A stretch of DNA of 64,000 bases, taken from NCBI GenBank assembly GCA_964057225.1, contig OZ059898.1, positions 18,228,001-18,292,000 on the forward strand, given 5' to 3'. Origin of the DNA: Auanema rhodensis (lineage: Eukaryota; Animalia; Nematoda). The notes under the pieces are model-generated. The model saw only the letters and a list, made by a program, of their open reading frames with translations. It searched no databases and was not told the DNA's origin. Shown here in pieces: positions 40,701 to 55,500 of the stretch; within the stretch, counting starts at the first letter, position 1, and each line of letters opens with the position of its first letter. The position numbers and the translations under genes are program-made.

Positions 40701-43700
40701 TTAAGCTGCGTCGATCTGTGTTATCAGATTTGCGCTAGCTTAAAAATGCACCGAGATATCAACTGATATAAGTTCACACTTATTTCCTCGATTTTCACCC
40801 TGAAGAATTAATTTTTTCGTTGAATAACATTGTCCATCGTCTTTGCCTTGAAAAAAGGAATCTAAAAACATCTTCTTTTTGCTAAATTATTTTGAAATTT
40901 TTTGAAAAAATTTTTGTCAAAATGTTTTTGGAAGCAATGTTGAGTGTACATGGAAACTCAACATACACTAATGCATCATTTTTCAAACGATCATAACTAA
41001 TTTTTGTATTAAGCGTTTCTCAATGTAGTATAGTGCATTCGATGCGGATTTTTTAGCTGCGTCGATCTGTGTTATCAGATTTGCGCTAGCTTAAAAATGC
41101 ACCGAGATATCAACTGAAATAAGTTCACACTTATATATCCTCGATTTTCACCCTGAAGAATTAATTTTTTTGTTGAAAAACATTGTCCATCGTGTTTGCC
41201 TTGAAAAAAGGAATCTAAAAACATCTACTTTTTGCTAAATTATTTTGAAATTTTTTGAAAAAATTTTTGTCAAAATGTTTTTGGAAGCAATGTTGAGTGT
41301 ACATGGAAACTCAACATACACTAATGCATCATTTTTCAAACGATCATAACTAATTTTTGTATTAAGCGTTTCTCAAAGTAGTATAGTGCATTCGATGCGG
41401 ATTTTTAAGCTGCGTCGATCTGTGTTATCAGATTTGCGCTAGCTTAAAAATGCACCGAGATATCAACTGATATAAGTTCACACTTATATCCTCGATTTTC
41501 ACCCTGAAGAATTAATTTTTTTGTTGAAAAACATTGTCCATCGTGTTTGCCTTGAAAAAAGGAATCTAAAAACATCTACTTTTTGCTAAATTATTCTGAA
41601 ATTTTTTGAAAAAATTTTTGTCAAAATGTTTTTGGAAGCAATGTTGAGTGTGCATGGAAACTCAACATACACTAATGCATCATTTTTCAAACGATCATAA
41701 CTAATTTTTGTATAAAGCGTTCCTCAATGTAGTATAGTGCATTCGATGCGGATTTTTAAGCTGCGTCGATCTGTGTTATCAGATTTGCGCTAGCTTAAAA
41801 ATGCACCGAGATATCAACTGATATAAGTTCACACTTATTTCCTCGATTTTCACCCTGAAGAATTAATTTTTTCGTTGAATAACATAGTCCATCGTCTTTG
41901 CCTTGAAAAAAGGAATCTAAAAACATCTTCTTTTTGCTAAATTATTTTGAAATTTTTTGAAAAAATTTTTGTCAAAATGTTTTTGGAAGCAATGTTGAGT
42001 GTACATGGAAACTCAACATACACTAATGCATCATTTTTCAAACGATCATAACTAATTTTTGTATAAAGCGTTTCTCAATGTAGTATAGTGCATTCGATGC
42101 GGATTTTTAAGCTGCGTCGATCTGTATTATCAGATTTGCGCTAGCTTAAAAATGCACCGAGATATCAACTGATATAAGTTCACACTTATATCCTCGATTT
42201 TCACCCTGAAGAATTAATTTTTTCGTTGAAAAACATTGTCCATCGTGTTTGCCTTGAAAAAAGAAATCTAAAAACATCTACTTTTTGCTAAATTATTTTG
42301 AAATTTTTCGAAAAAATTTTTGTCAAAATGTTTTTGGAAGCAATGTTGAGTGTACATGGAAACTCAACATACACTAATGCATCATTTTTCAAACGATCAT
42401 AACTAATTTTTGTATTAAGCGTTTCTCAATGTAGTATAGTGCATTCGATGCGGATTTTTAAGCTGCGTCGATCTGTGTTATCAGATTTGCGCTAGCTTAA
42501 AAAATGCACCGAGATATCAACTGATATAAGTTCACACTTATTTCCTCGATTTTCACCCTGAAGAATTAATTTTTTCGTTGAATAACATTGTCCATCGTCT
42601 TTGCCTTGAAAAAAGGAATCTAAAAACATCTTCTTTTTGCTAAATTATTTTGAAATTTTTTGAAAAAATTTTTGTCAAAATGTTTTTGGAAGCAATGTTG
42701 AGTGTACATGGAAACTCAACATACACTAATGCATCATTTTTTAAACGATCATAACTAATTTTTGTATAAAGCGTTTCTCAATGTAGTATAGTGCATTCGA
42801 TTCGGATTTTTAAGCTGCGTCGATCTGTATTATCAGATTTGCGCTAGCTTAAAAATGCACCGAGATATCAACTGATATAAGTTCACACTTATATCCTCGA
42901 TTTTCACCCTGAAGAATTAATTTTTTCGTTGAAAAACATTGTCCATCGTGTTTGCCTTGAAAAAAGGAATCTAAAAACATCTACTTTTTGCTAAATTATT
43001 TTGAAATTTTTCGAAAAAATTTTTGTCAAAATGTTTTTGGAAGCAATGTTGAGTGTACATGGAAACTCAACATACACTAATGCATCATTTTTCAAACGAT
43101 CATAACTAATTTTTGTATTAAGCGTTTCTCAATGTAGTATAGTGCATTCGATGCGGATTTTTAAGCTGCGTCGATCTGTGTTATCAGATTTGCGCTAGCT
43201 TAAAAATGCACCGAGATATCAACTGATATAAGTTCACACTTATTTCCTCGATTTTCACCCTGAAGAATTAATTTTTTCGTTGAATAACATTGTCCATCGT
43301 CTTTGCCTTGAAAAAAGGAATCTAAAAACATCTTCTTTTTGCTAAATTATTTTGAAATTTTTTGAAAAAATTTTTGTCAAAATGTTTTTGGAAGCAATGT
43401 TGAGTGTACATGGAAACTCAACATACACTAATGCATCATTTTTCAAACGATCATAACTAATTTTTGTATAAAGCGTTTCTCAATGTAGTATAGTGCATTC
43501 GATGCGGATTTTTAAGCTGCGTCGATCTGTATTATCAGATTTGCGCTAGCTTAAAAATGCACCGAGATATCAACTGATATAAGTTCACACTTATATCCTC
43601 GATTTTCACCCTGAAGAATTAATTTTTTCGTTGAAAAACATTGTCCATCGTGTTTGCCTTGAAAAAAGGAATCTAAAAACATCTACTTTTTGCTAAATTA

Positions 43701-45443
43701 TTTTGAAATTTTTCGAAAAAATTTTTGTCAAAATGTTTTTGGAAGCAATGTTGAGTGTACATGGAAACTCAACATACACTAATGCATCATTTTTCAAACG
43801 ATCATAACTAATTTTTGTATTAAGCGTTTCTCAATGTAGTATAGTGCATTCGATGCGGATTTTTTAGCTGCGTCGATCTGTGTTATCAGATTTGCGCTAG
43901 CTTAAAAATGCACCGAGATATCAACTGAAATAAGTTCACACTTATATATCCTCGATTTTCACCCTGAAGAATTAATTTTTTTGTTGAAAAACATTGTCCA
44001 TCGTGTTTGCCTTGAAAAAAGGAATCTAAAAACATCTACTTTTTGCTAAATTATTTTGAAATTTTTTGAAAAAATTTTTGTCAAAATGTTTTTGGAAGCA
44101 ATGTTGAGTGTACATGGAAACTCAACATACACTAATGCATCATTTTTCAAACGATCATAACTAATTTTTGTATTAAGCGTTTCTCAAAGTAGTATAGTGC
44201 ATTCGATGCGGATTTTTAAGCTGCGTCGATCTGTATTATCAGATTTGCGCTAGCTTAAAAATGCACCGAGATATCAACTGATATAAGTTCACACTTATAT
44301 ATCCTCGATTTTCACCCTGAAGAATTAATTTTTTCGTTGAATAACATTGTCCATCGTCTTTGCCTTGAAAAAAGGAATCTAAAAACATCTTCTTTTTGCT
44401 AAACTATTTTGAAATTTTTTGAAAAAATTTTTGTCAAAATGTTTTTGGAAGCAATGTTGAGTGTACATGGAAACTCAACATACACTAATGCATCATTTTT
44501 CAAACGATCATAACTAATTTTTGTATAAAGCGTTTCTCAATGTAGTATAGTGCATTCGATGCGGATTTTTAAGCTGCGTCGATCTGTATTATCAGATTTG
44601 CGCTAGCTTAAAAATGCACCGAGATATCAACTGATATAAGTTCACACTTATATCCTCGATTTTCACCCTGAAGAATTAATTTTTTCGTTGAAAAACATTG
44701 TCCATCGTGTTTGCCTTGAAAAAAGGAATCTAAAAACATCTTCTCTTTGCTAAATTATTTTGAAATTTTTTGAAAAAATTTTTGTCAAAATGTTTTTGGA
44801 AGCAATGTTGAGTGTACATGGAAACTCAACATACACTAATGCATCATTTTTCAAACGATCATAACTAATTTTTGTATTAAGCGTTTCTCAATGTAGTATA
44901 GTGCATTCGATGCGGATTTTTAAGCTGCGTCGATCTGTGTTATCAGATTTGCGCTAGCTTAAAAATGCACCGAGATATCAACTGATATAAGTTCACACTT
45001 ATTTCCTCGATTTTCACCCTGAAGAATTAATTTTTTCGTTGAATAACATTGTCCATCGTCTTTGCCTTGAAAAAAGGAATCTAAAAACATCTTCTCTTTG
45101 CTAAATTATTTTGAAATTTTTTGAAAAAATTTTTGTCAAAATGTTTTTGGAAGCAATGTTGAGTGTACATGGAAACTCAACATACACTAATGCATCATTT
45201 TTCAAACGATCATAACTAATTTTTGTATTAAGCGTTTCTCAATGTAGTATAGTGCATTCGATGCGGATTTTTTAGCTGCGTCGATCTGTGTTATCAGATT
45301 TGCGCTAGCTTAAAAATGCACCGAGATATCAACTGAAATAAGTTCACACTTATATCCTCGATTTTCACCCTGAAGAATTAATTTTTTCGTTGAATAACAT
45401 TGTCCATCGTCTTTGCCTTGAAAAAAGGAATCTAAAAACATCT

Positions 45444-48400
45444 TCTTTTTGCTAAACTATTTTGAAATTTTTTGAAAAAATTTTTGTCAAAATGTTTTTG
45501 GAAGCAATGTTGAGTGTACATGGAAACTCAACATACACTAATGCATCATTTTTCAAACGATCATAACTAATTTTTGTATAAAGCGTTTCTCAATGTAGTA
45601 TAGTGCATTCGATGCGGATTTTTAAGCTGCGTCGATCTGTATTATCAGATTTGCGCTAGCTTAAAAATGCACCGAGATATCAACTGATATAAGTTCACAC
45701 TTATATCCTCGATTTTCACCCTGAAGAATTAATTTTTTCGTTGAAAAACATTGTCCATCGTGTTTGCCTTGAAAAAAGGAATCTAAAAACATCTACTTTT
45801 TGCTAAATTATTCTGAAATTTTTCGAAAAAATTTTTGTCAAAATGTTTTTGGAAGCAATGTTGAGTGTACATGGAAACTCAACATACACTAATGCATCAT
45901 TTTTCAAACGATCATAACTAATTTTTGTATTAAGCGTTTCTCAATGTAGTATAGTGCATTCGATGCGGATTTTTAAGCTGCGTCGATCTGTATTATCAGA
46001 TTTGCGCTAGCTTAAAAATGCACCGAGATATCAACTGATATAAGTTCACACTTATATCCTCGATTTTCACCCTGAAGAATTAATTTTTTCGTTGAAAAAC
46101 ATTGTCCATCGTGTTTGCCTTGAAAAAAGGAATCTAAAAACATCTACTTTTTGCTAAATTATTCTGAAATTTTTCGAAAAAATTTTTGTCAAAATGTTTT
46201 TGGAAGCAATGTTGAGTGTACATGGAAACTCAACATACACTAATGCATCATTTTTCAAACGATGATAACTAATTTTTGTATAAAGCGTTTCTCAATGTAG
46301 TATAGTGCATTCGATGCGGATTTTTAAGCTGCGTCGATCTGTATTATCAGATTTGCGCTAGCTTAAAAATGCACCGAGATATCAACTGATATAAGTTCAC
46401 ACTTATTTCCTCGATTTTCACCCTGAAGAATTAATTTTTTTGTTGAATAACATTGTCCATCGTCTTTGTTTTGAAAAAAGGAATCTAAAAACATCTTCTT
46501 TTTGCTAAATTATTCTGAAATTTTTTGAAAAAATTTTTGTCAAAATGTTTTTGGAAGCAATGTTGAGTGTACATGGAAACTCAACATACACTAATGCATC
46601 ATTTTTCAAACGATCATAACTAATTTTTGTATAAAGCGTTTCTCAATGTAGTATAGTGCATTCGATGCGGATTTTTAAGCTGCGTCGATCTGTATTATCA
46701 GATTTGCGCTAGCTTAAAAATGCACCGAGATATCAACTGATATAAAATCACACTTATTTCCTCGATTTTCACCCTGAAGAATTAATTTTTTTGTTGAAAA
46801 ACATTGTCCATCGTGTTTGCCTTGAAAAAAGGAATCTAAAAACATCTACTTTTTGCTAAATTATTTTGAAATTTTTTGAAAAAATTTTTGTCAAAATGTT
46901 TTTGGAAGCAATGTTGAGTGTACATGGAAACTCAACATACACTAATGCATCATTTTTCAAACGATCATAACTAATTTTTGTATAAAGCGTTTCTCAATGT
47001 AGTATAGTGCATTCGATGCGGATTTTTAAGCTACGTCGATCTGTATTATCAGATTTGCGCTAGCTTAAAAATGCACCGAGATATCAACTGATATAAAATC
47101 ACACTTATATCCTCGATTTTCACCCTGAAGAATTAATTTTTTCGTTGAAAAACATTGTCCATCGTGTTTGCCTTGAAAAAAGGAATCTAAAAACATCTTC
47201 TTTTTGCTAAACTATTTTGAAATTTTTTGAAAAAATTTTTGTCAAAATGTTTTTGGAAGCAATGTTGAGTGTACATGGAAACTCAACATACACTAATGCA
47301 TCATTTTTCAAACGATCATAACTAATTTTTGTATAAAGCGTTTCTCAATGTAGTATAGTGCATTCGATGCGGATTTTTAAGCTGCGTCGATCTGTATTAT
47401 CAGATTTGCGCTAGCTTAAAAATGCACCGAGATATCAACTGATATAAGTTCACACTTATATCCTCGATTTTCACCCTGAAGAATTAATTTTTTCGTTGAA
47501 AAACATTGTCCATCGTGTTTGCCTTGAAAAAAGGAATCTAAAAACATCTACTTTTTGCTAAATTATTCTGAAATTTTTCGAAAAAATTTTTGTCAAAATG
47601 TTTTTGGAAGCAATGTTGAGTGTACATGGAAACTCAACATACACTAATGCATCATTTTTCAAACGATCATAACTAATTTTTGTATTGAGCGTTTCTCAAT
47701 GTAGTATAGTGCATTCGATGCGGATTTTTAAGCTGCGTCGATCTGTATTATCAGATTTGCGCTAGCTTAAAAATGCACCGAGATATCAACTGATATAAGT
47801 TCACACTTATATCCTCGATTTTCACCCTGAAGAATTAATTTTTTCGTTGAAAAACATTGTCCATCGTGTTTGCCTTGAAAAAAGGAATCTAAAAACATCT
47901 ACTTTTTGCTAAATTATTCTGAAATTTTTCGAAAAAATTTTTGTCAAAATGTTTTTGGAAGCAATGTTGAGTGTACATGGAAACTCAACATACACTAATG
48001 CATCATTTTTCAAACGATGATAACTAATTTTTGTATAAAGCGTTTCTCAATGTAGTATAGTGCATTCGATGCGGATTTTTAAGCTGCGTCGATCTGTATT
48101 ATCAGATTTGCGCTAGCTTAAAAATGCACCGAGATATCAACTGATATAAGTTCACACTTATTTCCTCGATTTTCACCCTGAAGAATTAATTTTTTCGTTG
48201 AATAACATTGTCCATCGTCTTTGTTTTGAAAAAAGGAATCTAAAAACATCTTCTTTTTGCTAAATTATTTTGAAATTTTTTGAAAAAATTTTTGTCAAAA
48301 TGTTTTTGGAAGCAATGTTGAGTGTACATGGAAACTCAACATACACTAATGCATCATTTTTCAAACGATCATAACTAATTTTTGTATAAAGCGTTTCTCA

Positions 48401-48953
48401 ATGTAGTATAGTGCATTCGATGCGGATTTTTAAGCTGCGTCGATCTGTATTATCAGATTTGCGCTAGCTTAAAAATGCACCGAGATATCAACTGATATAA
48501 AATCACACTTATTTCCTCGATTTTCACCCTGAAGAATTAATTTTTTTGTTGAAAAACATTGTCCATCGTGTTTGCCTTGAAAAAAGGAATCTAAAAACAT
48601 CTACTTTTTGCTAAATTATTTTGAAATTTTTTGAAAAAATTTTTGTCAAAATGTTTTTGGAAGCAATGTTGAGTGTACATGGAAACTCAACATACACTAA
48701 TGCATCATTTTTCAAACGATCATAACTAATTTTTGTATAAAGCGTTTCTCAATGTAGTATAGTGCATTCGATGCGGATTTTTAAGCTACGTCGATCTGTA
48801 TTATCAGATTTGCGCTAGCTTAAAAATGCACCGAGATATCAACTGATATAAAATCACACTTATATCCTCGATTTTCACCCTGAAGAATTAATTTTTTCGT
48901 TGAAAAACATTGTCCATCGTGTTTGCCTTGAAAAAAGGAATCTAAAAACATCT
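45444..48953. repeat. Tandem duplication of a 5-monomer unit (1755 bp)
   Basis: Markers at 45457/47212 (AAACTATT), 46264/48019 (GATGATA), 46469/48224 (CC>TT) and 46746/48501 (GT>AA) are all 1755 bp apart. Confidence 0.88.
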
Positions 48954-51900
48954 ACTTTTTGCTAAATTATTTTGAAATTTTTCGAAAAAATTTTTGTCAA
49001 AATGTTTTTGGAAGCAATGTTGAGTGTACATGGAAACTCAACATACACTAATGCATCATTTTTCAAACGATCATAACTAATTTTTGTATTAAGCGTTTCT
49101 CAATGTAGTATAGTGCATTCGATGCGGATTTTTTAGCTGCGTCGATCTGTGTTATCAGATTTGCGCTAGCTTAAAAATGCACCGAGATATCAACTGAAAT
49201 AAGTTCACACTTATATATCCTCGATTTTCACCCTGAAGAATTAATTTTTTTGTTGAAAAACATTGTCCATCGTGTTTGCCTTGAAAAAAGGAATCTTAAA
49301 ACATCTACTTTTTGCTAAATTATTTTGAAATTTTTTGAAAAAATTTTTGTCAAAATGTTTTTGGAAGCAATGTTGAGTGTACATGGAAACTCAACATACA
49401 CTAATGCATCATTTTTCAAACGATCATAACTAATTTTTGTATTAAGCGTTTCTCAAAGTAGTATAGTGCATTCGATGCGGATTTTTAAGCTGCGTCGATC
49501 TGTGTTATCAGATTTGCGCTAGCTTAAAAATGCACCGAGATATCAACTGATATAAGTTCACACTTATATCCTCGATTTTCACCCTGAAGAATTAATTTTT
49601 TTGTTGAAAAACATTGTCCATCGTGTTTGCCTTGAAAAAAGGAATCTAAAAACATCTACTTTTTGCTAAATTATTTTGAAATTTTTTGAAAAAATTTTTG
49701 TCAAAATGTTTTTGGAAGCAATGTTGAGTGTGCATGGAAACTCAACATACACTAATGCATCATTTTTCAAACGATCATAACTAATTTTTGTATTAAGCGT
49801 TTTTCAATGTAGTATAGTGCATTTGATGCGGATTTTTTAGCTGCGTCGATCTGTGTTATCAGATTTGCGCTAGCTTAAAAATGCACCGAGATATCAACTG
49901 AAATAAGTTCACACTTATATATCCTCGATTTTCACCCTGAAGAATTAATTTTTTTGTTGAAAAACATTGTCCATCGTGTTTGCCTTGAAAAAAGGAATCT
50001 AAAAACATCTACTTTTTGCTAAATTATTTTGAAATTTTTTGAAAAAATTTTTGTCAAAATGTTTTTGGAAGCAATGTTGAGTGTACATGGAAACTCAACA
50101 TACACTAATGCATCATTTTTCAAACGATCATAACTAATTTTTGTATTAAGCGTTTCTCAAAGTAGTATAGTGCATTCGATGCGGATTTTTAAGCTGCGTC
50201 GATCTGTGTTATCAGATTTGCGCTAGCTTAAAAATGCACCGAGATATCAACTGATATAAGTTCACACTTATATCCTCGATTTTCACCCTGAAGAATTAAT
50301 TTTTTTGTTGAAAAACATTGTCCATCGTGTTTGCCTTGAAAAAAGGAATCTAAAAACATCTACTTTTTGCTAAATTATTTTGAAATTTTTTGAAAAAATT
50401 TTTGTCAAAATGTTTTTGGAAGCAATGTTGAGTGTGCATGGAAACTCAACATACACTAATGCATCATTTTTCAAACGATCATAACTAATTTTTGTATTAA
50501 GCGTTTTTCAATGTAGTATAGTGCATTTGATGCGGATTTTTTAGCTGCGTCGATCTGTGTTATCAGATTTGCGCTAGCTTAAAAATGCACCGAGATATCA
50601 ACTGAAATAAGTTCACACTTATATATCCTCGATTTTCACCCTGAAGAATTAATTTTTTTGTTGAAAAACATTGTCCATCGTGTTTGCCTTGAAAAAAAGG
50701 AATCTAAAAACATCTACTTTTTGCTAAATTATTTTGAAATTTTTTGAAAAAATTTTTGTCAAAATGTTTTTGGAAGCAATGTTGAGTGTACATGGAAACT
50801 CAACATACACTAATGCATCATTTTTCAAACGATCATAACTAATTTTTGTATTAAGCGTTTCTCAAAGTAGTATAGTGCATTCGATGCGGATTTTTAAGCT
50901 GCGTCGATCTGTGTTATCAGATTTGCGCTAGCTTAAAAATGCACCGAGATATCAACTGATATAAGTTCACACTTATTTCCTCGATTTTCACCCTGAAGAA
51001 TTAATTTTTTCGTTGAATAACATTGTCCATCGTCTTTGCCTTGAAAAAAGGAATCTAAAAACATCTTCTTTTTGCTAAATTATTTTGAAATTTTTTGAAA
51101 AAATTTTTGTCAAAATGTTTTTGGAAGCAATGTTGAGTGTACATGGAAACTCAACATACACTAATGCATCATTTTTCAAACGATCATAACTAATTTTTGT
51201 ATAAAGCGTTTCTCAATGTAGTATAGTGCATTCGATGCGGATTTTTAAGCTGCGTCGATCTGTATTATCAGATTTGCGCTAGCTTAAAAATGCACCGAGA
51301 TATCAACTGATATAAAATCACACTTATTTCCTCGATTTTCACCCTGAAGAATTAATTTTTTTGTTGAAAAACATTGTCCATCGTGTTTGCCTTGAAAAAA
51401 GGAATCTAAAAACATCTACTTTTTGCTAAATTATTTTGAAATTTTTTGAAAAAATTTTTGTCAAAATGTTTTTGGAAGCAATGTTGAGTGTACATGGAAA
51501 CTCAACATACACTAATGCATCATTTTTCAAACGATCATAACTAATTTTTGTATAAAGCGTTTCTCAATGTAGTATAGTGCATTCGATGCGGATTTTTAAG
51601 CTACGTCGATCTGTATTATCAGATTTGCGCTAGCTTAAAAATGCACCGAGATATCAACTGATATAAAATCACACTTATATCCTCGATTTTCACCCTGAAG
51701 AATTAATTTTTTCGTTGAAAAACATTGTCCATCGTGTTTGCCTTGAAAAAAGGAATCTAAAAACATCTACTTTTTGCTAAATTATTTTGAAATTTTTCGA
51801 AAAAATTTTTGTCAAAATGTTTTTGGAAGCAATGTTGAGTGTACATGGAAACTCAACATACACTAATGCATCATTTTTCAAACGATCATAACTAATTTTT

Positions 51901-52546
51901 GTATTAAGCGTTTCTCAATGTAGTATAGTGCATTCGATGCGGATTTTTTAGCTGCGTCGATCTGTGTTATCAGATTTGCGCTAGCTTAAAAATGCACCGA
52001 GATATCAACTGAAATAAGTTCACACTTATATATCCTCGATTTTCACCCTGAAGAATTAATTTTTTTGTTGAAAAACATTGTCCATCGTGTTTGCCTTGAA
52101 AAAAGGAATCTAAAAACATCTACTTTTTGCTAAATTATTTTGAAATTTTTTGAAAAAATTTTTGTCAAAATGTTTTTGGAAGCAATGTTGAGTGTACATG
52201 GAAACTCAACATACACTAATGCATCATTTTTCAAACGATCATAACTAATTTTTGTATTAAGCGTTTCTCAAAGTAGTATAGTGCATTCGATGCGGATTTT
52301 TAAGCTGCGTCGATCTGTGTTATCAGATTTGCGCTAGCTTAAAAATGCACCGAGATATCAACTGATATAAGTTCACACTTATATCCTCGATTTTCACCCT
52401 GAAGAATTAATTTTTTTGTTGAAAAACATTGTCCATCGTGTTTGCCTTGAAAAAAGGAATCTAAAAACATCTACTTTTTGCTAAATTATTTTGAAATTTT
52501 TTGAAAAAATTTTTGTCAAAATGTTTTTGGAAGCAATGTTGAGTGT

Positions 52547-55500
52547 GCATGGAAACTCAACATACACTAATGCATCATTTTTCAAACGATCATAACTAAT
52601 TTTTGTATTAAGCGTTTTTCAATGTAGTATAGTGCATTTGATGCGGATTTTTTAGCTGCGTCGATCTGTGTTATCAGATTTGCGCTAGCTTAAAAATGCA
52701 CCGAGATATCAACTGAAATAAGTTCACACTTATATATCCTCGATTTTCACCCTGAAGAATTAATTTTTTTGTTGAAAAACATTGTCCATCGTGTTTGCCT
52801 TGAAAAAAGGAATCTAAAAACATCTACTTTTTGCTAAATTATTTTGAAATTTTTTGAAAAAATTTTTGTCAAAATGTTTTTGGAAGCAATGTTGAGTGTA
52901 CATGGAAACTCAACATACACTAATGCATCATTTTTCAAACGATCATAACTAATTTTTGTATTAAGCGTTTCTCAAAGTAGTATAGTGCATTCGATGCGGA
53001 TTTTTAAGCTGCGTCGATCTGTGTTATCAGATTTGCGCTAGCTTAAAAATGCACCGAGATATCAACTGATATAAGTTCACACTTATATCCTCGATTTTCA
53101 CCCTGAAGAATTAATTTTTTTGTTGAAAAACATTGTCCATCGTGTTTGCCTTGAAAAAAGGAATCTAAAAACATCTACTTTTTGCTAAATTATTTTGAAA
53201 TTTTTTGAAAAAATTTTTGTCAAAATGTTTTTGGAAGCAATGTTGAGTGTGCATGGAAACTCAACATACACTAATGCATCATTTTTCAAACGATCATAAC
53301 TAATTTTTGTATTAAGCGTTTTTCAATGTAGTATAGTGCATTTGATGCGGATTTTTTAGCTGCGTCGATCTGTGTTATCAGATTTGCGCTAGCTTAAAAA
53401 TGCACCGAGATATCAACTGAAATAAGTTCACACTTATATATCCTCGATTTTCACCCTGAAGAATTAATTTTTTTGTTGAAAAACATTGTCCATCGTGTTT
53501 GCCTTGAAAAAAGGAATCTAAAAACATCTACTTTTTGCTAAATTATTTTGAAATTTTTTGAAAAAATTTTTGTCAAAATGTTTTTGGAAGCAATGTTGAG
53601 TGTACATGGAAACTCAACATACACTAATGCATCATTTTTCAAACGATCATAACTAATTTTTGTATTAAGCGTTTCTCAAAGTAGTATAGTGCATTCGATG
53701 CGGATTTTTAAGCTGCGTCGATCTGTGTTATCAGATTTGCGCTAGCTTAAAAATGCACCGAGATATCAACTGATATAAGTTCACACTTATTTCCTCGATT
53801 TTCACCCTGAAGAATTAATTTTTTCGTTGAATAACATTGTCCATCGTCTTTGCCTTGAAAAAAGGAATCTAAAAACATCTTCTTTTTGCTAAATTATTTT
53901 GAAATTTTTTGAAAAAATTTTTGTCAAAATGTTTTTGGAAGCAATGTTGAGTGTACATGGAAACTCAACATACACTAATGCATCATTTTTCAAACGATCA
54001 TAACTAATTTTTGTATAAAGCGTTTCTCAATGTAGTATAGTGCATTCGATGCGGATTTTTAAGCTGCGTCGATCTGTATTATCAGATTTGCGCTAGCTTA
54101 AAAATGCACCGAGATATCAACTGATATAGGTTCACACTTATATCCTCGATTTTCACCCTGAAGAATTAATTTTTTTGTTGAAAAACATTGTCCATCGTGT
54201 TTGCCTTGAAAAAAGGAATCTAAAAACATCTACTTTTTGCTAAATTATTTTGAAATTTTTTGAAAAAATTTTTGTCAAAATGTTTTTGGAAGCAATGTTG
54301 AGTGTACATGGAAACTCAACATACACTAATGCATCATTTTTCAAACGATCATAACTAATTTTTGTATTAAGCGTTTCTCAAAGTAGTATAGTGCATTCGA
54401 TGCGGATTTTTAAGCTGCGTCGATCTGTGTTATCAGATTTGCGCTAGCTTAAAAATGCACCGAGATATCAACTGATATAAGTTCACACTTATATCCTCGA
54501 TTTTCACCCTGAAGAATTAATTTTTTTGTTGAAAAACATTGTCCATCGTGTTTGCCTTGAAAGAAGGAATCTAAAAACATCTACTTTTTGCTAAATTATT
54601 TTGAAATTTTTTGAAAAAATTTTTGTCAAAATGTTTTTGGAAGCAATGTTGAGTGTGCATGGAAACTCAACATACACTAATGCATCATTTTTCAAACGAT
54701 CATAACTAATTTTTGTATAAAGCGTTTCTCAATGTAGTATAGTGCATTCGATGCGGATTTTTAAGCTGCGTCGATCTGTGTTATCATATTTGCGCTAGCG
54801 TAAAAATGCACCGAGATATCAACTGATATAAGTTCACACTTATATCCTCGATTTTCACCCTGAAGAATTAATTTTTTTGTTGAATAACATCGTCCATCGT
54901 CTTTGCCTTGAAAAAAGAAATCTAAAAACATTTACTTTTTGCGAAATTATTTTGAAATTTTTTGAAAAAATTTTTGTCAAAATGTTTTTGGAAGCAATGT
55001 TGAGTGTACATGGAAACTCAACATACACTAATGCATCATTTTTCAAACGATCATAACTAATTTTTGTATTAAGCGTTTCTCAATGTAGTATAGTGCATTC
55101 GATGCGGATTTTTTAGCTGCGTCGATCTGTGTTATCAGATTTGCGCTAGCTTAAAAATGCACCGAGATATCAACTGAAATAAGTTCACACTTATATATCC
55201 TCGATTTTCACCCTGAAGAATTAATTTTTTTGTTGAAAAACATTGTCCATCGTGTTTGCCTTGAAAAAAGGAATCTAAAAACATCTACTTTTTGCTAAAT
55301 TATTTTGAAATTTTTTGAAAAAATTTTTGTCAAAATGTTTTTGGAAGCAATGTTGAGTGTACATGGAAACTCAACATACACTAATGCATCATTTTTCAAA
55401 CGATCATAACTAATTTTTGTATTAAGCGTTTCTCAAAGTAGTATAGTGCATTCGATGCGGATTTTTAAGCTGCGTCGATCTGTGTTATCAGATTTGCGCT

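Noticed and set aside
50691-50700. Single-base A-run expansions (also near 42500 and 60890)
   Set aside because: Isolated homopolymer length changes that cannot be distinguished from sequencing error.
54855-55046. 63-aa minus-strand ORF
   Set aside because: Stop loss (TAG>TCG) in the outlier monomer; no other coding evidence.
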